Shown here: piece after piece, positions 23,271-35,192 of the stretch | How positions within the stretch are numbered: position 1 is the stretch's first letter | How the letters are laid out: each line of letters opens with the position of its first letter | Source: Eledone cirrhosa | Lineage: Eukaryota | Length of the DNA stretch: 64,000 bases | Reading direction: 5' to 3' | NCBI GenBank assembly: GCA_964016885.1 | Contig: OZ024742.1 | Span: 200,260,001 to 200,324,000, forward strand | The notes under the pieces: generated by a model | Seen by the model: the letters and a program-made list of their open reading frames with translations, nothing else | The model's database searches: none | What the model was told of the DNA's origin: nothing | Program-made: the position numbers and the translations under genes

Positions 23271-24417
23271 GTATACGTACATACATATATGTATACAGAC
23301 GTGCAGTAGTATGTATATATATACATACATGCACACATATATTTATGCACGTATCGGTTTACCGAACATTTATTATAATGCTCAGTTTGTTTGTTTGCAA
23401 ACAAACAAACGGCCCAAATTACGCCCTATAGTGTTTAGGCAACCACGTCACCTTTTTGTTCAACACTGACACAAGAACGATCTACTAGTTTTAAGATTAT
23501 TAGCTATCGTCAGCATCGTATACCTTCCTGCCAGATGGTTGAACGTCTGAAAGTATATACTTTCCTTATGCATATTAACGGCTGAGCAGCCTAATTTGCA
23601 TATCGAGTGAGTTTAGTCGGCCGGGCACACCGAAAACGATAAATGGAATAGAATGAAACGAAATTTCATTTCTCACTCTTAGTACGGCACTTACTTAAAT
23701 GTAAGTATGTATGTATACGTACATACATATATGTATACAGACGTACAGTAGTATGTATATATATATACATACATTCACACATATATATGCACGTATCGGT
23801 TTACCAAACATTTATTATAATGCTCGGTTTGTCCGTTTGTAAACAAACAAACAGCCCGAATTACGCCCTACAGTGTTTAGGCAACCACGTCACCTTTTTG
23901 TTCAACACTGACACAGGAACGATGTACTAGTTTCAAGCTTATTAGCTATCGTCAGCATCGTATACCTTCCTGCCAGATGGTTGAACGTCTGAAAGTATAT
24001 ACTTTCCTTATGCATATTAACGACTGAGCAGCCTAATTTGCATATCGGGTGAGTTCAGTCGGGCGGGCGCACCGAAAACGATAAATGGAATAGAATGAAA
24101 CGAAATTTCATTTCTCACTCTTAGTACGCCACTTACTTAAATGTAAGTATGTATGTATACGTACATACATATATGTATACAGACGTACAGTAGTATGTAT
24201 ATATACATACATGCACACATATATATATGCACGTATCGGTTTACTGAACATTTATTATAATACTCGGTTTGTCCGTTTGTAAACAAACAAACAGCCCGAA
24301 TTACGCCGTACATTGTTTAGGCAACCACGTCACCTTTTTGTTCAACACTGACACAGGAACGATGTACTAGTTTCAAGCTTATTAGCTATCGTCAGCATCG
24401 TATACCTTCCTGCCAGA
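23271..24417 (+). repeat. 442-bp tandem repeat, about 2.6 copies
   Basis: Unit starts at 23271, 23713 and 24155. Confidence 0.92.
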
Positions 24418-25290
24418 TTTATATATATATTTGAATGTGACACGTTGATAAGAGTATAACTGTTATCATTTACCTAAAGTATACTACACTAATAATACCT
24501 AATATATATCTATATATATACATCCCTATATCTAATAATATGTTGATATCTTGGTTGAAGAACAATCAGTACATTTACACCCAGTTATACATATGTATAT
24601 ATTTATCCCTAACATATCATTTTATTTTTATCTTCGTCGGTATTATTTACCTTAAACATACTGGCTCATTAATATATACCTATATACATAATAGTTATTT
24701 AAATATTTATAACAATAAGTACTTCAAAAGCTTTACATACATTAGATGTTGGTATATTTGTTAAAGTTTATATTTAGGTAAATAATCAACAGTATAATAT
24801 TTCATTCTTTATATGCCAGCTAAATCCTTTAAATGTTATTCTCACAATTCAGAAGTTTAGAAATGATAACACACTTATCGAATTTATATAAATAATATAT
24901 AATTAACTAGCAAATGATCCTGAAATCTGGAGCCTTCACCTTAATATTATAAATTAAATATTTTCAAATCTAACCGTTTAACTTTCGAACCCCCTCCCCC
25001 TCACACACACACACACTTTATTTTTCCCTCCTTATAAATCTTTTTCCAGTGGCTATCACTGGCTGTTATGATTCATGAGACGTTTTCCGAGATACATTGT
25101 AGTATCATACACTTTAAAATTTTAGAACACTTTAAGTATGCAACGTTTTATCTTACTCACACATTCTCTAATGAATTTATTACGTTTTCGCACTTTCACA
25201 TAGATATGATATAAGTAAAATTTTCTATCGGGTTAATCACTACCTTGATTAAATCTTAGCCATTTAACATCTCAGGGTATGTCATGTATC

Positions 25291-25353
25291 ATTATATTTT
25301 GTCTGATGAGGACGTACTGTTGTACATCCGAAATATGTATAATAAAATGTAAT
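25291..25353 (+). ncRNA. Minimal type I hammerhead ribozyme
   Basis: ATTATATTTTGT-CTGATGA-GGACGTAC tgtt GTACATCC-GAAA-T ATGT A-TA-ATAAAATGTAAT; 12-bp stem I with G-U pairs. Confidence 0.8.
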
Positions 25354-25540
25354 TGATCAAAAGAACATCTATTTTATTAATACTTATATTTTAATATTAA
25401 TAACTCCAGAAAATTATTTTCCCGTTGAGTGCTTCCAATCTACTGTAAAACTCATTCTTCGACATAATCATTGAATATTGTTTAACAAATTAATATATAT
25501 ATATATATATATATAAGTTGGATTACTTTGAATAAATAAT

Positions 25541-25919
25541 TGTTTCTACTTTTGGCACAAGGCCAGCAATTAGCCAATGCATTACTGGTACTTTATTCTA
25601 TCGACCCCGTAAGGATGAAAGGCAAAGTTAACCTCGGCGGGATTTGAACTCAGATCATACAGGGAGGTAACTCTATGCTTCAAAGCATGGCATCCGATCC
25701 TCTACCGATACTGCCAATCCACTTTGAATAAATAATTGTTTCTACTTTAGGCACAAGGCCAGCAATTACCCAGTGCATTACTGGTACTTTATTTTATCGA
25801 CCCCGTAAGGATGAAAGGCAAAGTCAACCTCGGCGGGATTTGAACTCAGATCGTAAAGGGACGTAACTATGCTGGAAAGCATGGCGTCCGACCCTCTACC
25901 GATACTGCCAATCCACCGC
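25541..25919 (-). mobile_element. Two tandem SINEs; the first has a 16-bp TSD
   Basis: TSD ACTTTGAATAAATAAT at 25525-25540 and 25721-25736. Confidence 0.88.
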
Positions 25920-26099
25920 TAATGAATGAATATTACATAATTTATATACTAAATTTCGTGGTCGTTGATTAAATATATTTTATTGTTTATTTAAAGATTT
26001 ACTTTTTTAAAATTTTCAAATGTCAACATTTCCGGTTAGCGATCGCTTAAATAAACATACATATATTTCCGTCACTAATTTTCTCCTAATGCAGTTTAT

Positions 26100-26530
26100 A
26101 TATAATATCGTGCTTTTTTTTTTATTTATCATGGATTACGTTACTGATTACATAAGACAGTGTAACACAGCCTTCGTTCAATTTCTGTGTATATTGTCAA
26201 TTACGATTGTATTTGATGTATCGCATATACTTGCGTATAATATCAATATACACTACACATGCTAGCAGATATATAATATCGTCTTTTTTAATGTATCATG
26301 GATTACGTTAATGATTACATAAGAGAGTGTAACACAGTCTTCGTTCAATTTCTATGTATATTGTCAATTACGATTTTATTTGATGTATCATATCTACATG
26401 CATTAGAATACTTAATACTTGCGTATAATATCAATATTTGTTTCTTCTTTAGGCACAAGGCCAGCAAATACCCAGTTCATTACTGGTACTTTATTTTATA
26501 ATATCAATATTCACACTACACTTGCTAGCA
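26100..26530 (+). repeat. ~170-bp tandem duplication ending at a CTAG-bounded hairpin
   Basis: Two copies of atataatatcgt...catggattacgtt...gctagcaga. Confidence 0.75.
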
Positions 26531-27129
26531 GAAAACCACCCGAAGGTTGGTTTTTCTGCTAGTGTTTCGTAATTCAACAAATCTTGTATATATATATATA
26601 TATATAAATTAATATATGATAAACACGTGTTTTTGTTGTAATTGACAATAAATAGCTAGAATGAAATATCTTAATTCAAATACATATAGTCTGCCTGTGT
26701 CGATCTAAAAAATAATAAATCAATACTCACAAACACAATCGGCAAAAGGCCTTGGTACCTAGACACGTTTAAATTTCAAAATACAAACTTTTTCCGCAGA
26801 TCAGTCCGAACTTCAAAATTTAAACATGTTTCACAAAGGATGGTATAATAGTGAAATAATTAATTAATTAGTAGTGAGATAATTAATTTTCTGTATTTAT
26901 CAATAGGTACCCAGATAAATTAAGTAACTTCACCTCGGAAAAATATCTAAGGTCTGGTTTACGTAGCGAAAATACACGAGGTTTTGCACACGAATTATTC
27001 CAGTCCTCTAGCCTCCCATACTCATAGTGCTAGAAATAACAGCCGTTTATATGGGATTACAAATTCAGCTCAACTGAGGGAGCAGTAGTATAATATTAGA
27101 GCTAAAATAATTGTAAATGACCCCATTGA

Positions 27130-27233
<104 letters not shown>

Positions 27234-27371
27234 AAGTTGTTAAACAATATTCGATGATTATGTTAAAGAATGAGTTTTACAGTAGATTGAAAGCGCTCAA
27301 CGGGAAAATAATTTTCAGGAGTTATTAATATTAAAATATAAGTATTAATAAAATAGATGTTCTTTTGATCA

Positions 27372-27434
27372 ATTACATTTTATTATACATATTTCGGATG
27401 TACAACAGTACGTCCTCATCAGACAAAATATAAT
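27372..27434 (-). ncRNA. Minimal type I hammerhead ribozyme (inverted copy of 25291)
   Basis: Reverse complement of 25291-25353 inside a ~250-bp inverted repeat pair. Confidence 0.8.
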
Positions 27435-27484
27435 GATACATGACATACCCTGAGATGTTAAATGGTTAAGATTTAATCAAGGTA

Positions 27485-27522
<38 letters not shown>

Positions 27523-27559
27523 AAATGGTTAAGATTTAATCAAGGTAGTATATATATAT

Positions 27560-28712
27560 AAGAGAGTATTGAAGTTTGCTTGAAGCATTGTGGAACAATA
27601 AATAAATATCTTTAAGTCGTTTGGAAGCCTCGACAATGCAAATGGGTAAATCTCCGGGTAACAAGGTCCGGTGGTGGAGAGAGAGATGTAAGTGGGTGTA
27701 CGTTGAGATGCGTGGTGTGTATAAGATGTGTGAGATGTGTAGAATGAAGGGAAGAGTATAAAGGATAAAATAAAAATAACAACACAAGAGAGAGTTACCT
27801 TGGGAGAGATTTAATAGTCCCTATATATTTCGGATTCACATCCATCAACTGGGGGTTTTTTCCGGGGTTGGGGGAAAAGGTTGTCTGTCGGACAAGTCCG
27901 GAACGCGTCCTTCGCTGTTTGTTGTTTTGAATATCTGAGGTATTCGGCAGAGCGCGCGTGCGCGTGAAATGGGGTCGGTCGTACAGAGGTCAGCGACCGA
28001 ATGAGGAGTGGGATGGCGCTAGCTGTCAGTCCATTCTCTGCCTGTTTGTTAAATGTTACTGTGTGTGTGTGTGCGTGTGTTGTTGTCTCGCTTGAGTGTG
28101 TGTGTGTGTGTGCATGTGTTGTTGCCTTGTTCCTCTGTATTGGCAGTGTAGTATGTTCGTATGGTGGAATGCTACTGTGTGCGTGTGCGTGTGTGTGTGT
28201 AGTTGTCTCGTTTGAGTGTGTGTTGTGTGTTGTTGCATCGCTTGTTAACTTAAACCAGCCATCTCATTTCGCTTCTCTCTGATCGGTTGTTTATTTGCGG
28301 TTGCAGTCGTTTGATAAAAAGCGCTTCCTTGATACGTAACGTGCCGATGTTTCTTTCAGTCGCTAGAATTGTGACAATGGGCCTTCCGTCTTTGTTTCCG
28401 CATTTGTCTATGTGTTTCCGGAAAGACGAGGCCCTGGTTTTAGTGTGTTCCTTGATCCGGATGTGCAAAGGTCGAATTGTGCTACCTATGTAGTATTGGT
28501 TGCACCTGTCACATTCTATCTTATACACGACGTATGTGCGTAGGCAACAGTTCGCATGGCGTATCGGGCAGTCTCTGAGGTACCATGCGTCAGTAGATTT
28601 TTTTTTCGGGTTTCCTGGAGAGGCATCTTCGCAGGGAGGGGCCCGAGTGGGCCAGGTGGATGTCGAGGCCCTCCCTCCGTATAGCCTTGCGGATAGCGTT
28701 GGTGGTTTTCTC
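27560..28712 (-). mobile_element. Penelope-like element 3' part with GIY-YIG endonuclease
   Basis: VVYKIECDRCNQYYIGSTIRPLHIRIKEH...EALFIKRLQPQIN (ORF ends 28250); degenerate hammerhead at 27819-27854. Confidence 0.85.
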
Positions 28713-28754
28713 CATATATATGTATATATGTATATATATGTGTGTGTGTCTGTG

Positions 28755-28786
<32 letters not shown>

Positions 28787-28813
28787 TGCGTGTGTGCGTG
28801 CGTGCGTGCGTGC

Positions 28814-28855
<42 letters not shown>

Positions 28856-28926
28856 GGTAACCAGAAATAACAACACAATCGGTAAGGATATGGAAGGGAT
28901 ATATTAGGTTAACTGTTGATATATAA

Positions 28927-30233
28927 CACTGGGTTGAATTTTGTTAATATTTCTCATCTGAAATAGATTTTAAGAGAAAAAATATCGTTTTCTTACACGA
29001 TTCATTAATTAAATGTTAGAAAAATTGATTAGTGTACATTTAGCAATAGGACTGTTGTTCCAACAAAAATCTCATCGTCTTCAGGTCAACACAAATCAAC
29101 CACTCATGCTGATCATAAAGAATTTTCTTCAACACGTAGTTCAATGTTTCATATGTCTCCTTCAATGTAGTCGAGTGAGCGAGGGGTACAGAGGTAAATT
29201 GGTTGTGCCACAGAACACATTTCAGCGATCGCTTGCTGCTGTCAATGAACAGTCTCCAATCTTCGGGCTGGTAGTGTGGCACTCCATGCTTGTGAAGAAG
29301 CTGCGCAATATCTGTACAATATACCAAGTTCTTCTCTTCAGAAAAAAATGGAGGTAATATTGATGTCTGTTGCAGTAGAAGGTGATGCGAGCACTGTCAG
29401 AGAGGACTTTGACAAGCTGAGATCGCGAATTAGTTCATTTAGCTCCTTTTGGGAAAAAGAATGTGGAGCATCATCGTCAAGAACAACTTCTTTTTCTTTA
29501 TTTTCTTCAACACTGGAGGAATCTTCGTCACTAATGTCAGGAGGTTCTCTAAAGACAGGTACAGGTACATCAATGAGCTACAGGACGACGTGCTGATTCA
29601 AGATGAGGATGCTTGAGGCTGCTTCGGTTCTTTCTGTTGATCCCAGTCAAATCAATAGCGCAGAATTAGCAGTCAGTGCCATGGTTTGTTGGTTCCCTCC
29701 AAACCATGGGAATTTCAAACTTCAGACAACTCTCTTGCCCTTGATCCAACGACGCCGACGCAGATACTCGGTGCATGTCTTGCATACCATGTGTGGTGCC
29801 CAAGCTTTATCCTGGTCACTAAGTTTCATACCAAAATAAGTATGGTAAGTACGCTCTATGAAACTTGTGACTGGATTCCTGTTAGGAACAACGGTGTATT
29901 CGCCGCTGATTTAACAGAATACATCAGGATTATTTTTGCAAGATCTTCTGGCCGAATCCATTTCATTCACCTGCAAAATAAAAATACCAGTTAGTCAAAA
30001 ATTGGCGCAAGTAAACTCTTCAGAATTCGTTTATTCAAAGAAATAACGAATTTTGCATCATATAAATAGAAAATACCCGTACATATAAACAAAAACCTAA
30101 AAAAACATCATGTGGCGATACATCAAAAAGTTGACCTGATTGAGCAAAACCAGTATGGTTTTTGGATTCAGTACATATAAATTGTCCTAAATCAGCTAAA
30201 AGATTTTGACAATAAATTTGGTGTTAGCCAGTG
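28927..30233 (-). mobile_element. Chapaev3-type DNA transposon, internally deleted and decayed
   Basis: CACTGG...CCAGTG termini with TAA duplication on both sides; transposase remnants QDKAWAPHMVCKTC, FSQKELNELIRDL, WRLFIDSSKRSLK, WLICVDLK. Confidence 0.8.
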
Positions 30234-30235
30234 TA

Positions 30236-30345
<110 letters not shown>

Positions 30346-30923
30346 TTTGTTTCAACTATGATATAATAGACATCACACTGACCGGCCTGTTTTCCTCTAT
30401 TCTCCCTTCTTACCTTTTCTACACCTAAATGTCCTTCTTTGTCTGCACGTTGGACTACAGTCCTTATTCTCTTCTGTTTTACTTTTTCTCTCCCTTCTAT
30501 ATTTTGTCTCCATTGACTAAGCCCCTGCGCACTGTTCTCTCCCTTCTTTGCCAGTTGACGCACTTGGAATGCTTATTCTTCTATAGTTGTGTAATTTGCC
30601 TAAAGACATAACTTGTCTCTACCTGTTTTGTTATGTACCATTGTGCACTGGAATAAATGGTATCAACCTTAATGCACCGAAACCGTAGTGATTTCCAAAG
30701 TTTGACGGGGGAAATGGGACTGTTCGTCTTTCCCTTGTTTTTTTCCATTGTCTTTTTTTTTTCCATTGTCTTATATTAGGTTCCCGCTTAGAAGAAGAGG
30801 AGGATGTTTCAACGTTTCGGACAGAACTCCTTCTTCGGGAAAGTTCGGATGCGGAGAGAACAGATAGACGTAAGAGTAGTGTGAGAAGGTTAGGGATGGA
30901 ATATATATTTACTCCGTTATTTT

Positions 30924-30980
<57 letters not shown>

Positions 30981-30983
<3 letters not shown>

Positions 30984-31345
30984 GGAAACTATATTTATAA
31001 AACCATATTTATTTCATTATACATATTTCAGGGATACCATATTAAAATATGGCATGCCTTCGTCAGATAAAATACAATATATAAACAGTTTTATAAATAA
31101 TTTTGACGTACCCTATTATAAGCGACCATTATTTTTGGAAGCTGTCTGGATAGTGATAGCTGTCTGGATAGACTATCTAGACAGCTTCCAAAAATAATGG
31201 TCGCTTATAATAGGGTACGTCAAAATTATTTATAAAACTGTTTATATATTGTATTTTATCTGACGAAGGCATGCCATATTTTAATATGGTATCCCTGAAA
31301 TATGTATAATGAAATAAATATGGTTTTATAAATATAGTTTCCATT
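30981..31345. repeat. Fold-back palindrome, ~170-bp arms, in (TA)n
   Basis: Arms nearly perfectly complementary. Confidence 0.92.
31252..31316 (+). ncRNA. Minimal type I hammerhead ribozyme (mirror copy on - at 31010-31074)
   Basis: TATTTTAT-CTGACGA-AGGCATGCCATATT tt AATATGGTATCCCT-GAAA-TATGTA-TA-ATGAAATA. Confidence 0.78.
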
Positions 31346-31444
31346 TGTTTAATATCGTATATCTACTCCAAAAACTTGTCGAGTGCTTTATATCAGTTAT
31401 AAAATATTTACTTGTTGTACCTCAACAATTTTAAATAAAACTTT

Positions 31445-31512
<68 letters not shown>

Positions 31513-32407
31513 AAAATAACGGAGTAAAGGATTCACGTATAATCCTGTAATTCAATGAGCTCAAAGGAAAGAGTTTTCCTGGGTACTTTAAAATACAAAT
31601 ATTTCATTACAGGTTTCCAACCACCAGCGTGAAAAGAATATAAGCTAGGAGAGGTATAGGAGAAACATAATAATTAAAAGGATAAATTAAAATGAAAAAC
31701 CTACCTCATAACTAAATGGCACCTGTACAAACTCACTAAGATATTGTTTCACCGTATGTGTGGCTTCAAACTCAGCTCTTGGCTCATCAGCATGTGCTCA
31801 AGCTGATATTGTCTCCACTACTAGAGATAACTAAAGTAACTGACCTGTACCACGTGTAAATAGAATGGAAATACGTGCGTGAGGCGGTGACCGGTGGTAT
31901 GAACAGAACATGCTGCTAGAAATGGCAGCCTATACTATTCAATTTATCGTGCTAGTCTGTAGAGAGAAGACGCGAGGAGCAAATATCAAGTAAAATAACG
32001 GAGCAAAGGACTCGCGTGTAATCCTGTAATTCAATGAGTTCAAAGGAAAGAGTTTTCCTAGGCACATTAAAACACTATATAGAGAGGGAAAACTCAGGAG
32101 AGTGTGTTTTCATTTTAATTTATCCTTTTAATTATTATGTTTCTCCTATACCTCTCTTAGCTTATATTCTCTTCACGCTGGTGGTTAAAATCCTGTGATG
32201 AAAACACACACTCCTGTGTTTTTCCTCTCTATATTGTGTGTGTGTATATATATATATATATTTATTTATAGAGAGAGAGAGAGATATTAAAATAAAAGAT
32301 TAAAGTTTAAGCAAAGAATCGCTGCTTTCACCCTTAACGGGATCTTCTGATATGTATTTATCCTTATCGAGCCCTCTTTGGATTTTAGTCTTCAAATTTA
32401 TTATTAT

Positions 32408-32786
<379 letters not shown>

Positions 32787-32858
32787 ATCTTTTTTTCTTT
32801 ATATTTTCACTCGTGTAGGACACCTCGGTTATTTTTCATTTTGTAAAAAAAACCTCAC

Positions 32859-32941
<83 letters not shown>

Positions 32942-32946
<5 letters not shown>

Positions 32947-33652
32947 ACTAGAAATTGATTAACATATAAATATACATGAATAATCACAGGAGATAATTTT
33001 TGCACGCGTGTAACCACGTATAGCTAGTTTGGGTAATAATAAAATTTATACCTTTAAGTATGATTAACCTTCCTTGTATATATCCCATTAAAGAAATATA
33101 TTTCACCAATTAATCAGATGGTAAGTCACGGAAAGTGGATATTATTGGATTGTCAACAAGGAAGAGTAATAATGTCCAGCTATCCGTCCTTACAGAACGA
33201 GTTTAAATCTTCATCTAGCTGCTACCACGTGTTGTGTCTACACATGATAGCAGTTTCGTTTCAGTAGCGTGAATAGGTATTCGACAACTAGAAATAGCAG
33301 TCAAATTCTCTTCAACAGAAATAGCTCTACAATTAAGGAGCCGTATATATATATCTATATCCAAAATTAAGATAAAATAAATTAAATGAATTTAATCTAA
33401 ATCGAAATTGTGGGTGTCATGTCAAAATGGCATGCGCCATATCACCTGGAAATTAAGCTCAAAGATAAATCCGAGCATTTTATAATAACTAGAATTTGAT
33501 TAACATATAAATATACATGAATAATCACAGGAGATAATTTTTGCACGCGTGTAACCACGTATAGCTAGTTTGGGTAATAATAAAATTTATACCTTTAAGT
33601 ATGATTAACCTTCCTTGTATATATCCCATTAAAGAAATATATTTCACCAATT
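32942..33652 (+). repeat. ~170-bp direct repeat (32942-33112 and 33483-33653)
   Basis: Near-identical copies. Confidence 0.85.
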
Positions 33653-33714
33653 AATTTCTGTTAAGAGAGAGGGATTATCCGTGAATCTTTTCATGGGTCC
33701 AGCTAGTCTATATT

Positions 33715-34012
33715 ACTCTCCCTTTGAAGCTTTCTGGCAACATAGCCACGCATTACTTTTTGCTGATAAGCATGCCGCTTTTCATCCATGGATTCATTGC
33801 GGTATTACTTTGCAATTTCCCTGGGTGTGAATGTTTGGTTATCATGCAGGGAGTATTTCTCAAGAAGCTCCTTCCAACCTTTCGTGATGTTTTCTGCCAC
33901 CTGTATTATTAGACTTATTCTATAATAGGTTTCTACACTTGGTGGTTCATAGATGATATCAGAAAGATATGATGTGTCACTCAAATGCTGTTTGGATTGA
34001 TGTTAAGCCTCT
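33715..34012 (-). mobile_element. Fragment of an R4-like element
   Basis: Homologous to 35950-36230. Confidence 0.6.
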
Positions 34013-34015
34013 GAC

Positions 34016-34217
34016 TAATTAACCAATGAGTTAATAAACTAACCGAGGAATGGATTAGTTACCTCAATGATAATAGTGAAATAAAATTCAACTGATGCAT
34101 ATGCTTTAATTGGCAATTGTCAATTAAAGCATATGCATCAGTTGAATTTTATTTCAATATTATCATTGGGGTAACTAATCCATTCCTCGGTTAGTTTATT
34201 AACTCATTGGTTAATTA
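34016..34217. repeat. ~100-bp-arm palindrome
   Basis: Centre tggcaattgtca; arms complementary with few mismatches. Confidence 0.9.
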
Positions 34218-35192
34218 ATTGCCACAGCTCTTTCCTCATACATTCTCTCACCTTCCGAATTACTATTTTGTTCGTCTCTGTCTCCTCTTTATTTTGAACT
34301 TCTATTTACTTCTCCTTGTCTTTCTGTGCATGTGGTAAGCATATGTGTGTTTGTGTCTTTGTGGGTTGCTACTTCCACAAACTTCTGTGTTTGACATATG
34401 CACGTATGTCTGAGCATGCAAATGTGTCTTTATGACTTGTTTCCTTTCCAAGATTGTGTGTGTCTGTGTTCTTTTTTTATTCTCGCTCCAAATATCTGAT
34501 CCACTGAAGCTCAGCAGTTTCAGATAATATAAAAATTAACATCTAAATAACGAACCCGGTGAGAGTTGTGAAGAACGAGTCGCTCATGTGTAATGCTAGA
34601 GAATTAGAGAGACCAGCACAACATTTCATAGTAAATATATATTCTTTCGCCTTTTGTTAAACTATTTTGTGTGTGTCCGTATGTCTTAACGCAGTTATTT
34701 CCCTTCGACAACAACACAAACATGAAGTCAAACACACAGGCATAGCAACTTGCTAGAAAAAGCAGCTATTAATACTACACACTTTGAAAACGGATGGGAA
34801 TGCTAGAAATAACAACGAGATGATTCTAAATAACAAAACAATATAGAAATATGCATGTGTGTATGTATGCCTAAGGGAAATAACTGAAATACTCTTTGTA
34901 CAAGTTGTTCCCTTGCAGAGTGTAATTAAATTGCGTGTTTTGTATATGTATGTATGTTCGTCTGGTTTTATAATTTCACAAAATTTTACCAATAGAGAGA
35001 GAGTCGGTTTCTACCATAGACACAAGACTCTCTCATTGGAATTTACACCACATCAACTAGGTAGATATGTATGCATATCTGCATGTATGCATGTGTAGAT
35101 ATGGATGTTATTGTATGTGTGGATGTGTATGTTTTGAGTTGTATGTGTGCATGTGTATATGTTTTGCATCTGTACATGTGTATATGCAGTTA

